The notes beneath the pieces were generated by a model. The model was not told the DNA's origin and searched no databases. It saw nothing but the letters and a program-made list of their open reading frames with translations. 64,000 nt of DNA from Gemmatales bacterium (GTDB lineage Bacteria; Planctomycetota; Planctomycetia; Gemmatales; HRBIN36), in contig JBEPZY010000008.1 in NCBI GenBank assembly GCA_041640595.1, positions 104,484-168,483 on the forward strand, read 5' to 3'. The position numbers and the translations under genes are program-made. This document shows, piece after piece, positions 1 through 8,881 of the stretch. Position 1 is the first letter of the stretch. Each line of letters opens with the position of its first letter.

Positions 1-1813
1 GCCCCAAAAACAATCCCACACCGAGCCGCCAGGGCTGACCGTCGCGGCAAGCCCAGTGGGCCAGCGTGAGCACACCGTAGGTTGGATGATTGCCGAAAGT
101 CCATTCCGGTACCACATGCTGCAACCGCCACGCGCCCACTTTCACGCCGTGCTCCTGACACGCTTGCAAAAACGCACCCAGTCCGGCCTGCAATTCGCGA
201 GTGGCACCAGTGATGGCACCCTCGGGAGCCAGTCGGATCCGGGCATCGGCTAATGCTTGCTCCCATAGTTTTTCCAGCAATGCCGCGAGGGAATCGCCCC
301 CCTTGCTGCATTTGCTCCCGTCGGAAGTGTCGGAATGCTGCGGCGATTTTGTTTCCACAGCCTTGAGCACGGTAACTTGTTTGACCTCCGGTGGAATCGG
401 TTCCGGTGGCGGAACTTCGACGTAGCCGACGTTTCCGGCAGCCCCATCCGCGACTGGCTCGGTTTCCTCGCTGGTTTCCTGCCCGTACACCAGACGGTCG
501 AACAATCGGCGAAACTGTTGCAGCATGTCGCGCAATGTCGGTTCGGTGCGGGCAATTCGCAACACCTGTTCTTCATTGAACGGGAAAATCGGTGAAATTT
601 CCGAGCCGAACTGTTCCAAAACTGGCCGCAAGCGCACCACCACCACCTTGCGAACCAGATCGGGCGTCGGTGGATCCAGCCGCACCGCTGCAACGCTTCC
701 ATAACCGGGCAGGTGAAGCGGATGATTGAGGCGATCCTGAATGTACCCGTCCAGGCTCGGCACGAAACGGTTCCAGAGTCCACGTTCGGCAAAAATCAAA
801 AAGCAGATGCCATCCACCTGATGCAGCACCTGCACCAGCCCTGCGAAGAAAGACTCGCTCACTTTGTGGCCATCTTCAGTACGCCGAACCAGCAGCAGGT
901 CCTCAAGCTGGTCGAAGGCGACCACTACCGGAATCCGCAACGTCAAGCAGATGTCCATAACTGCCCGCAACTGAGCCAGCACCAGTTCCTGTCGGCTCGG
1001 TTGCACCTGGAAATCCAGTTCGGTGAAGCCGGTGGTCAGGAAATGTGCCAGGTCGTCCTCCTGTCCCAGGAGAATGGCCCGGGCAAAACCCTGATAAATA
1101 CGGCGACGCATTTGCCCGGCCACACTGTGAACTTCGTTGCGATCCACAAACTGGCACACCTGTTCGTACACCAAACGCGGGTCCATCTGCACCTGCAACA
1201 GTGCCTGGCGAACCGGCAAAGTGCTGGAACGACCGAGCAGCTGGATCAACCATTGACAACGCTCCTCAGCCTGGGCCTGGCCCAGCCCTAACCGTCGCGC
1301 CCAGCGGGTCAAGGGCGGGGCTGGGAAAAGCTCCAGCCGAGCCGGGGCGTCGAGGGTTTGCAACCAGTTGCGCACCAGGCGTCGGGTCAGTTCCTCGCCG
1401 ATATACACCAGCGGACGCACACCACCCTGGCAGGCACCGCTCAGCAAGGTGTCAATCAACTGAAAGAGCAGATATTCGAGAAAATCGCAACCTTTCTGAT
1501 AGGTGCTGGGAGTTACCAGCAGCTGGCGACCCCGACCTGGACCGTGTTTGATGGAATGCAACAGATGGGTTTTCCCCGAACCTTTGTTGCCGAGGATGGG
1601 CAAAACTTCCGAATGGCGTCGTCCATCCTGGCGATACAATTCCACCGCGGCCAGAACCATCTCCCGTTCGCGGGCATACAGCTCCGGAACATGGTAACGG
1701 GCACAGAGTTCATCATCGGGATGGCGAGCAAAATAATTGCGAAACGGATTACCGTGTCGCCGCAGGGCTTCCAATGCCCGTTCGTGCACGTGAGTAGTAA
1801 GTGTGGCAGTCAT
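1..1813 (-). CDS. P-loop (AAA-like) ATPase, 3' end runs off the window
   Basis: Not in the ORF track because it has no stop in the window. My manual translation from ATG 1813 (AAGGAG RBS upstream) reads MTATLTTHVHERALEALRRHGNPFRNYF..., with Walker A ILGNKGSGKTHLL and Walker B-like IPVVVAFDQLEDLL (~901-937). The + strand ORFs 713..1291 and 1358..1948 are its antisense shadows. Confidence 0.8.
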   Translation of the reverse strand, partial: MTATLTTHVHERALEALRRHGNPFRNYFARHPDDELCARYHVPELYAREREMVLAAVELYRQDGRRHSEVLPILGNKGSGKTHLLHSIKHGPGRGRQLLVTPSTYQKGCDFLEYLLFQLIDTLLSGACQGGVRPLVYIGEELTRRLVRNWLQTLDAPARLELFPAPPLTRWARRLGLGQAQAEERCQWLIQLLGRSSTLPVRQALLQVQMDPRLVYEQVCQFVDRNEVHSVAGQMRRRIYQGFARAILLGQEDDLAHFLTTGFTELDFQVQPSRQELVLAQLRAVMDICLTLRIPVVVAFDQLEDLLLVRRTEDGHKVSESFFAGLVQVLHQVDGICFLIFAERGLWNRFVPSLDGYIQDRLNHPLHLPGYGSVAAVRLDPPTPDLVRKVVVVRLRPVLEQFGSEISPIFPFNEEQVLRIARTEPTLRDMLQQFRRLFDRLVYGQETSEETEPVADGAAGNVGYVEVPPPEPIPPEVKQVTVLKAVETKSPQHSDTSDGSKCSKGGDSLAALLEKLWEQALADARIRLAPEGAITGATRELQAGLGAFLQACQEHGVKVGAWRLQHVVPEWTFGNHPTYGVLTLAHWACRDGQPWRLGVGLFLG

Positions 1814-1895
1814 GGCCTGCTCCTTGGCCTGGTCTGGCGGTCAGTTTTCATCGCCCTGGATTTGCTGCGTGCGGTTCCCACCGCTTTTGCGCCTT

Positions 1896-2705
1896 TCATA
1901 AACAGCCGTTGCCCGCAGGTGCGTTGTTCCCAGATGCCCGCAGGCTGACGTAATATGCGATGGCGTGGCCGACCAGCATGGCGAGTTCCGGTTCGGGAAT
2001 TTCGTAAATCGGCCCTGCCCAGGGATGCAACACGATCTGCCCCTGCGCATACCATTGCCGCAACGCCTCCTGAAATTGTCCGACACTCAGTTGCGGATGC
2101 TGCTGCCGCAGCTGGCGGAACAATTCCGGCAATGGGCAGTCTTCCTGGGGATGCGTCTCCTGCCAGCGGCGGAGGAAGGGCCAGGCAGTAGCTTTCAAAA
2201 TGGCCGGATTGCCTGCCGCCCAGCCCTGTCGTGCCGAGGTTTTGAGTTCCTCGATCACACCGGCTACCCATTGCCGCAGTTGATCCAGTTCCTCGCGGCA
2301 ACGCTCCAGCATTTCGCCCCAGGTCTGCCATTGCTGCTGGCATTGAACAATCCGCTGCTGGAGTGCTTCCAGCGCGGTGGCTGGGTCGGTTTTGTGCAAC
2401 AGCCACTGAAGCCCGGCTTCGGTCAGCGTGTACAGTGCGGTTACAGTTTTGCCTGCGGGTCGGCTGGCCACGCACTCCAACCAGCCCCGTCGCTGACACA
2501 GTTCGGCGGCCTGCTGACCCAACCGGGTTCGCGGAAATAAACCGGGATTGCGACCAGAGGCGATCAGCGGTAAGGGTTCCGGCGAGGATAACGCCTTTTT
2601 CAAAGCCGCGAGCACCAGCGATTCCACAGCGGCAGACGTATTGCCAGAATTATCGCTGACGGTAGAGCAAGCTCTTTGGGTTTCAAGAAGGGCCGACGTT
2701 TCCAT
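1896..2705 (-). CDS. Hypothetical protein, probable winged-helix / coiled-coil / winged-helix architecture
   Basis: GGAGG RBS before ATG 2705. Contains a wHTH-like wing (RRGWLECV...YTLTEAGLQWLL), a central Q/E/L-rich coiled coil and a C-terminal LPELFRQL...LSVGQFQEALRQW...IVLHPW segment. Co-oriented with the ATPase. Confidence 0.7.
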   Translation of the reverse strand: METSALLETQRACSTVSDNSGNTSAAVESLVLAALKKALSSPEPLPLIASGRNPGLFPRTRLGQQAAELCQRRGWLECVASRPAGKTVTALYTLTEAGLQWLLHKTDPATALEALQQRIVQCQQQWQTWGEMLERCREELDQLRQWVAGVIEELKTSARQGWAAGNPAILKATAWPFLRRWQETHPQEDCPLPELFRQLRQQHPQLSVGQFQEALRQWYAQGQIVLHPWAGPIYEIPEPELAMLVGHAIAYYVSLRASGNNAPAGNGCL

Positions 2706-2930
2706 GAACACTTCCTCCGATATTTTGCCGCAGTCGCGGCATTATGCCGCAATCCTGCCGCCGTGCAAGCCCAAATGATGGACCGACAACGCAGGAAAAG
2801 CGGCGATGGTTCGCGTCCAGGGGAAGGTAGCTGAAAACAAACTCGTCTGGTTCACGATCAGGGCGGTTCCATTGCTCGGGCCAGCCATTGCGGTGCAACG
2901 ATCGCGTTTTGCCAACCGCGCATTATTCCG

Positions 2931-3488
2931 TTATCGGGGCCAGTAGCGCACTCGCCCCAGGGCATCAAAAACTTCCGCGCTCATGAGTTTCCAGGTGCCA
3001 TCCGGTGCCGGTTCAAAACGCATGCGAATCAATAGCGGGGCCGACTCCCCGACCTGGCCTTCGTAACTGCCGGTGAAGGAAATGTTCAGTTCTGCAATGA
3101 ATGCCGTGCCATCGCCAGAGCGCTCGACTGTGAGTTTCCCGGAGCGAATCCGCGCGACATGGGGCAGCGTTCGCCGCAACTCCTGCTCCAGAGTGGCTCG
3201 ATCTATTGAACCGGAACGGAATTTGTCGGCCACGTGGTGCAAGATACCATCGGCATCCTGCTTTTCCGCCGCGGCAACCATCGCCTGCACAGCCAGGATC
3301 ACGCGCTCGCGGTCGGTGACTACCAGGTAATCGGCCAGCGCGATCAGAGCCATCACCAGCGCGGCACCGATCACACCGAGCAGGTAAACGGCACGCTGAG
3401 TGTACACCGTCACCAGCAAAAACAGCACGCCGGCACCCGCAACGATCCAGTAAGCTGAACTCGGCTCGTCAATCAGCCAGTCCCACAT
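2931..3488 (-). CDS. Membrane protein with two N-terminal TM helices and a C-terminal NTF2/SnoaL-like domain
   Basis: Hydrophobic N-terminus followed by TDRERV..AMVAAAEKQDADGILHHVADKF...GTWKLMSAE. Confidence 0.65.
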   Translation of the reverse strand: MWDWLIDEPSSAYWIVAGAGVLFLLVTVYTQRAVYLLGVIGAALVMALIALADYLVVTDRERVILAVQAMVAAAEKQDADGILHHVADKFRSGSIDRATLEQELRRTLPHVARIRSGKLTVERSGDGTAFIAELNISFTGSYEGQVGESAPLLIRMRFEPAPDGTWKLMSAEVFDALGRVRYWPR

Positions 3489-3575
3489 GGTTCGACCCCG
3501 AGCAAATCAGCCAAGTTGCCTGCTGGCTTAGAGCATCGCCTGAAGGATTCTGTGTCGGATCGCCTGAGAGATCAG

Positions 3576-5660
3576 CTAAGCCGGTTGGTTGCTCTCAGCC
3601 GGATGAGCATCGAGCCAGGCACGAATCGCCTCCTGTCCGATCAGCGGTTGCTGACACGTTCCCTGCTCGCACAAGTAAATGGCGGGAGTCGGTGATAGCT
3701 TGTCGGCCAGTAGTGCAAACGGAGCGTAGCCGTGTGCCGGAAGAGTCGGATCGAGCCACGCCACGATGCGTCGCGGTTCAAAAGTTTGCCACAACGAAGC
3801 CCAGGCCTGCTGCAACACTGGCTCGGTCACGGGGCCCGACAGGACAATTTCGCGCACTGGTCCGATGGCGAAATCCACGCCGCATAGGAAGTGCCCGAAC
3901 GCCGTCGGCAGGCGTTCGGCCAGTGGTGTCAGCCAGCGGAAAATGGCGTCGGCACAGTCACGGAAATCGGCTTGGCCTGTGAAATGCCATAAGCGCAGGA
4001 GCATCCAGGCAGCGGCACTGTTGCCCGAAGGAGTCGAACCGTCCTGGGCATCTTTCTGCCGAACCAGGAGCGGTTCATGGGCCAGTTGGGCGTAGAACAA
4101 GCCTCCGCCTTCCGGATCACGAAAACGTGCCATCATCTGCTCGGCCAGCACCACCGTATTTTCCAGCCAGTGTATTTCACCTGTGCATTCGTAAAGCGAC
4201 AGCAGGGCATCTGCGAACAAGGCGTAGTCGTCCAGGAAGGCGGGAATTTCCGGTAAACGATCCGGCAAACACGCGTGGAAAAGTTCGCCCGACCTCGGCT
4301 GCAAATGGGCGAGAATCCAGTTCGCGGCCCGACACGCCAGCTCGAGATAATGTGGATCAAAGACGCGGCCAGCCAGCGCCAGTGCCTGAATCGTCAGGGC
4401 GTTCCAGGCCGTGAGGATTTTTTCGTCGCGCGACGGTGCAATGCGTTGCTGTCGGGCTGCCAGTAATCGGCCCCGCGCTTCCTCCAGCCGGGCGAGCAAC
4501 TCCTGCTCGGACATCTTGAGCAAGCGTGCGCAGACCGGCAGCGGTTTCGCCTGAGCCAAGACCTGTTTTCCTTCCCAGTTGCCAGTCTCGGTAACATCGT
4601 AAACGTAGGCGACAATATCATACAGTTCGGGTGGCAAAATCGCCCGCAGCTCCGTTGCCGTCCAGACATAATACTTGCCTTCTTCACCTTCGCTGTCGGC
4701 GTCGAGACTGCTGAAAAACGGGCCGTCCGGAGCCATCATCTCGCGTTCCAGCCACGTCAACGTTTGCTCCACAACCTGGCGATAACGAGCCACACCGCTC
4801 ACCAGCCAGGCTTCGGTATAAGCCAGGCTCAAAAGGGCGTTGTCGTACAACATTTTCTCGAAATGCGGTACCAACCAGCGCTCATCGGTGCTGTAACGGT
4901 GAAAACCGCCGCCCACGTGATCGTAAATGCCACCGCTGGCCATGCCATCCAGGGTAAGCTTCACCATTTCCAAAATGTCTGCCTGCCGAAAGCGGTGAAA
5001 GGCACGCAACAAGGCACGCAGTTCCATAGCATGAGGAAATTTAGGAGCGCCGGCTAACCCGCCGTAAACGCGATCCAGATTCTGCTGCCATACCTCGACT
5101 AAGTGCCGCAACAATTCTTCGGAAGGCTCACTTTCTGGCAGGGATAGATGCAGGGTTTTTTGCAAATGTGCAGCAACTTCGTCGGCGGTCTGAAGGACAT
5201 CGGCACGGCGTAATTGCCAGGCCTGGGCTAGTGCGACGATCACATCGCGGAATCCCGGTCGCCCCCAGCGCCGCTCCGGTGGGAAATAGGTGCCGGCATA
5301 AAATGGCTTCAGGTCGGGCGTCAGGAAGACCGACATCGGCCAGCCTCCCTGTCCGGTCATGGCTACGACCGCCTGCATGTACAACTGATCCAAATCCGGC
5401 CGCTCTTCGCGATCCACCTTGATGTTCACGAAATGCTCATTGAGTAAGCGTGCAATCTCAGGGTTTTCAAAACTTTCCCGTTCCATGACATGGCACCAGT
5501 GGCAGGCCGCATAACCGATACTCAGGAAGATAGGCTTGTTCTCCTGCCGTGCCCGTTGCAGTGCCTCATCCGACCACGGATACCAGTCCACCGGATTATC
5601 GGCGTGTTGCCGCAGGTATGGACTTGCCGAGTCCGCCAGCCGATTCTTTTTGCCCGTCAT
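3576..5660 (-). CDS. yyaL: Thioredoxin-domain protein, YyaL/SPATA20 (DUF255) family
   Basis: Motifs NRLADSASPYLRQHADNPVDWYPW, GYAACHWCHVMERESFE, GGGFHRYSTDERWLVPHFEKMLYDNA. Confidence 0.93.
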   Translation of the reverse strand: MTGKKNRLADSASPYLRQHADNPVDWYPWSDEALQRARQENKPIFLSIGYAACHWCHVMERESFENPEIARLLNEHFVNIKVDREERPDLDQLYMQAVVAMTGQGGWPMSVFLTPDLKPFYAGTYFPPERRWGRPGFRDVIVALAQAWQLRRADVLQTADEVAAHLQKTLHLSLPESEPSEELLRHLVEVWQQNLDRVYGGLAGAPKFPHAMELRALLRAFHRFRQADILEMVKLTLDGMASGGIYDHVGGGFHRYSTDERWLVPHFEKMLYDNALLSLAYTEAWLVSGVARYRQVVEQTLTWLEREMMAPDGPFFSSLDADSEGEEGKYYVWTATELRAILPPELYDIVAYVYDVTETGNWEGKQVLAQAKPLPVCARLLKMSEQELLARLEEARGRLLAARQQRIAPSRDEKILTAWNALTIQALALAGRVFDPHYLELACRAANWILAHLQPRSGELFHACLPDRLPEIPAFLDDYALFADALLSLYECTGEIHWLENTVVLAEQMMARFRDPEGGGLFYAQLAHEPLLVRQKDAQDGSTPSGNSAAAWMLLRLWHFTGQADFRDCADAIFRWLTPLAERLPTAFGHFLCGVDFAIGPVREIVLSGPVTEPVLQQAWASLWQTFEPRRIVAWLDPTLPAHGYAPFALLADKLSPTPAIYLCEQGTCQQPLIGQEAIRAWLDAHPAESNQPA

Positions 5661-5998
5661 TGGCTTCTCCCGGAAGGGTGCAGGATTTTGCCGGTCTGAA
5701 AAACCGCCGATCTGCTCCCGCGTACTCGCTCACCTTGCCAACATGAAGAAGGGCAGCTTTATCGGCGTTCGGCCCCACTCAGTGGCAGTATAGGCGGTCA
5801 ACGTGTCCCAGCCAAATCTGCAACATTTCTGGCTCCCCAGCCACTACGGTCTCGATGTTCGAATCCGGAACAGTGCGGCGCCCAACCAGGCTGTCCGTGG
5901 CGGATAAGCGGGAAGCCGCACAGCTGCTGTGGGCTTCAATTCCCCAGCGCCAAGCATCCCCGTCACCGGGGCCTAAACTCCGCTGGCCAAGGCTTCCA

Positions 5999-6997
5999 TC
6001 AGTCGGCGAGCCAGTAAAGCATGATCGGTTGCGGTCGCCCAATGACTCCTACTTGCGTGAAACCGTAGCGCTGGATAATGGCGATTGCCTGTTCGGCGTC
6101 TTCAGCACGACGAAAGCGGAAATAGCGATAACGCCCGTCAGTGATCCAGTAATCATGCCCCAGAGCGATTACGCGCAGTTGTTGCGGGGCAAACGTGATT
6201 GTTTGTTGACCGGGCATACGTCCACGCGGAGCCTGCCCGAACGACAGCCAGAACTCGATCCCCGTGTCCTTCTCTCCAACAGTTATGCGTTCGTTCAGCC
6301 GGTAATAACGGATAACGTGCAGAGCGAACATGGCCTCGGTTTCCTGGTAGCCAAAATCCTTGAGGACTTCCTGCCCGGCGAGCAATTGCCAGCGCCCCTT
6401 TTCCTGGCGTAATTGAACTTGCATCGGGTCGAATTGTTGTCGGCGTAAGCTGGAGCGCGAGTCCGGGTTGGAAGGTTTGTCGGGGGATGAGGCTGGCGGT
6501 CGAAGTTGTGGTCCAGCAGGTGGCACATGGATTCGATCAGAACCCGGCGCAGCAATGTTTGGTGGGAGCCAGGGAGAAGTGGACCCCGCTGGCGAACCGG
6601 TCTGGCCTGGATGCAGCGCTGAGCCGGGCGCGGACGGAACAGACTGCACTGGCGATCGGGGCATGAAATACGGACTGCCACGAAATGAATCGGTATTCCC
6701 GCTCGGCGCTACGCCCGGCAAAACGGGGGAAAGGACTCCCGGCATCGGCCAGAGCATCGGACGCACACCGGGATAGACGTAACCGTTCCACCCATTCGCA
6801 GCGGCAGGCGAAAGCGATGCGGGGACGTCCTGCGTACCAGAAGTGCTCCCGGCCACCGGGGTGGAAGCTGGACGGGAAACATCACGGCCGGCAGCGGGCG
6901 AGGGTGATTGCGGAACGTTCGGCATCATTGGAATTTGCCCCGCGGCCCAGCATGGCCATAGCAGCAAACCGACAACCATGGTGCAAGCTCTCGCCAT
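5999..6997 (-). CDS. Secreted hypothetical protein with Pro/Ser-rich linker
   Basis: Signal-peptide-like MARACTMVVGLLLWPCWAAGQ at ATG 6997, a low-complexity linker, then a globular C-terminus with two similar halves (AMFALHVIRYYRL / AEQAIAIIQRYGF). The track start at 7300 falls inside an upstream terminator. Confidence 0.65.
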   Translation of the reverse strand: MARACTMVVGLLLWPCWAAGQIPMMPNVPQSPSPAAGRDVSRPASTPVAGSTSGTQDVPASLSPAAANGWNGYVYPGVRPMLWPMPGVLSPVLPGVAPSGNTDSFRGSPYFMPRSPVQSVPSAPGSALHPGQTGSPAGSTSPWLPPNIAAPGSDRIHVPPAGPQLRPPASSPDKPSNPDSRSSLRRQQFDPMQVQLRQEKGRWQLLAGQEVLKDFGYQETEAMFALHVIRYYRLNERITVGEKDTGIEFWLSFGQAPRGRMPGQQTITFAPQQLRVIALGHDYWITDGRYRYFRFRRAEDAEQAIAIIQRYGFTQVGVIGRPQPIMLYWLAD

Positions 6998-7046
6998 TAC
7001 GGCAAGCCAGGCCGCACCATTTCGCCCGCCAGCTGCACATCGGGTT

Positions 7047-7139
7047 TCGGATTTGCACAATCGAACAGGCGAAAGGAGGTCGTTGGCGGGAGAAAGTTGA
7101 CCAATACGGGCCTCGGATTTGAACAACCGAACAGGTGAA
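7047..7139. repeat. Two imperfect 27-bp direct repeats, 66 bp period
   Basis: tcggatttgcacaatcgaacaggcgaa (7047-7073) and tcggatttgaacaaccgaacaggtgaa (7113-7139). Confidence 0.7.
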
Positions 7140-7293
7140 GCCACGCACAAGTGCCTCTTGTTTGCTCGCGGCTCGGATTCGGGTATTTCCGCACACTTCA
7201 CATCCGGCAACCCAGTCGCGGCCATAGATTCGCCTCCATGCCCAGCTATCAAAGGCCAGCGGGTAGAACAAATTACTGCAACCCAGTCAAGGC

Positions 7294-7319
7294 CAAACAA
7301 AATCGGCTCCGAAGCCGAT
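7294..7319 (-). terminator. Intrinsic terminator of the small secreted-protein gene
   Basis: Minus strand reads ATCGGCT-TCGG-AGCCGAT followed by TTTGTTT, about 55 bp after the 7376 stop. Confidence 0.7.
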
Positions 7320-7375
7320 GCTCCGGAGCCGACGGTCAGGCCAGTCTCAGTTGTGAACCGCGTTCCCGGCAGTCG

Positions 7376-7675
7376 TTATTTCCCCTCGGGCTTTTTAGCC
7401 GGCAGCAGTTTGATTTCGGTGATCTTGCCGCCGTCTATGGTCACGTCCACTTTGGTGCCTTCTTTGAAGCCTTTGAACTTGTCGGCCGGAATGACGTTAC
7501 CTTTGGGGCTGAGAATCTTGACGTCAGCGACCTTGGCCGAGTACTCTTTGTCGCCGACTTTGACGACCACAGTCTGGGTGCCCTTGTCGTACTTTGCGAC
7601 GACCCCTTCGGCGGCCAGGCAGACCGCGACCCCAAGCAGCAGGGCCACCGTTACAGCGAGCAGTTTGCGGAGCAT
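7376..7675 (-). CDS. Small secreted Lys-rich beta-barrel (OB-fold-like) hypothetical protein
   Basis: Signal peptide MLRKLLAVTVALLLGVAVCLA, AGGAGG RBS, biased codon use and its own terminator. Confidence 0.8.
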   Translation of the reverse strand: MLRKLLAVTVALLLGVAVCLAAEGVVAKYDKGTQTVVVKVGDKEYSAKVADVKILSPKGNVIPADKFKGFKEGTKVDVTIDGGKITEIKLLPAKKPEGK

Positions 7676-7837
7676 GCTTCAATCCTCCTATGCTGTGCAG
7701 GCCGTAGATGCGAAGGGTTCCGAACCCTCGTTCGGAATCCCGGGCACTCCGATAAGCCTCGTTTGATCGGAGCACCCATGTTTGTAACACCTATTATCGG
7801 AAAAAGTTTCGCCGCTGGCAACGCAGTGCCCAAAAAT

Positions 7838-8866
7838 TCAGAACAGACCGCTGCGTTCGTGAAAATGGGTAGGTTTGTCCCAAACCTCTCCGCCACGCAT
7901 CAGCCAGTCAGCTATCCATTCCACGAGCAGAGCCAGGGGGACACGCGGATAGCCAAACAGGCGGTGGGCACGTGAGGCATTACTCAGATAGGCGTCGCCA
8001 GCTTCGGTGCCGATAAAACGCGGAGTTTTGCCGAAACGCTGGCCGAATTGCTCCGCGGCCCAGCGTACGCTGACCGTTTCGGGCCCGGCCAGGTTCAGGA
8101 CTAAAGGAGGACTGTCCGCATATTGCAGGGCCTGGATCGTCCAGGCATTCACGTCGCCCTGCCAGACGGCGTTGAAGCAGCCGGTGGCCAGCGGGATCGG
8201 TTGTTCGTGGTACACGGCTCGGGCAATATCCACCAGCACACCGTAACGCAATTCGTGGGCGTAATTGAGCCGGAGAATGACCGTCGGTGTCGAAAATTTG
8301 CGGCTGAAGAATTCCAGTAACCGCTCTCGGCCGATGCAGCTGGCAGCGTATTCGCCATCCGGTCGTAACGGGTCTGTCTCCCGACTTCCGCCACTGGTAA
8401 CCGGCACCATCCCGTACACATTTCCCGTAGAAAACGCCACAATCCGGGACTGACGGTAGCGCTCCGCCACCAGGGCGGGCAGATAGGCATTGATCGCCCA
8501 GGTGCGGGCTTCGTTGCCGGTTGTGCCGAATTTCGTGCCGACCAGGTAGAAGACAATCGCGGCATCCGGGAGTCTTTCCACACTGGAACGGTCCAGGAGG
8601 TCGCAACGCAGAACTTCGATCCGGTCGCGGCTAAGAGATTCCGCAAGAGTCGGGTTAGCAAAACGGGAAACGGCAAAAATTCGCCGCGTGGCATCAGTAG
8701 CCCGGCGAAGCATCCGCGTCAGACTGGGTCCGATTTTACCGCCTGCTCCCAGCACCAGAATGTCGCCGGAAACGCGCTGCAAAGTCTCCACCACCGCCGG
8801 CGTCGGTTCGCTGAGTAGCTCCTCCAGGGTGGTCAGGTCGGGAATTCGCACGGGCAGAGCACTCAT
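7838..8866 (-). CDS. NAD-dependent epimerase/dehydratase
   Basis: Rossmann motif LVLGAGGKIG, FSTGNVYG, EYAASC, and RLNYAHELRYGVL. Confidence 0.88.
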   Translation of the reverse strand: MSALPVRIPDLTTLEELLSEPTPAVVETLQRVSGDILVLGAGGKIGPSLTRMLRRATDATRRIFAVSRFANPTLAESLSRDRIEVLRCDLLDRSSVERLPDAAIVFYLVGTKFGTTGNEARTWAINAYLPALVAERYRQSRIVAFSTGNVYGMVPVTSGGSRETDPLRPDGEYAASCIGRERLLEFFSRKFSTPTVILRLNYAHELRYGVLVDIARAVYHEQPIPLATGCFNAVWQGDVNAWTIQALQYADSPPLVLNLAGPETVSVRWAAEQFGQRFGKTPRFIGTEAGDAYLSNASRAHRLFGYPRVPLALLVEWIADWLMRGGEVWDKPTHFHERSGLF

Positions 8867-8881
8867 AGGCAGCGCGCTTGC

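Noticed and set aside
713..1948. + strand ORFs 713..1291, 1045..1551 and 1358..1948
   Set aside because: They are antisense shadows of the minus-strand ATPase, which carries Walker motifs and an RBS.
5857..5866. GTTCGAATCC, a tRNA T-loop-like string
   Set aside because: No T stem, acceptor stem or anticodon arm can be formed around it.
7047..7139. Possible mini-CRISPR (27-bp repeat, 39-bp spacer)
   Set aside because: Only two imperfect copies, with no cas genes and no leader.
6998..7300. N-terminal extension of ORF 5999..7300
   Set aside because: Its start lies in the U tail of the upstream terminator, and a signal peptide begins at 6997.
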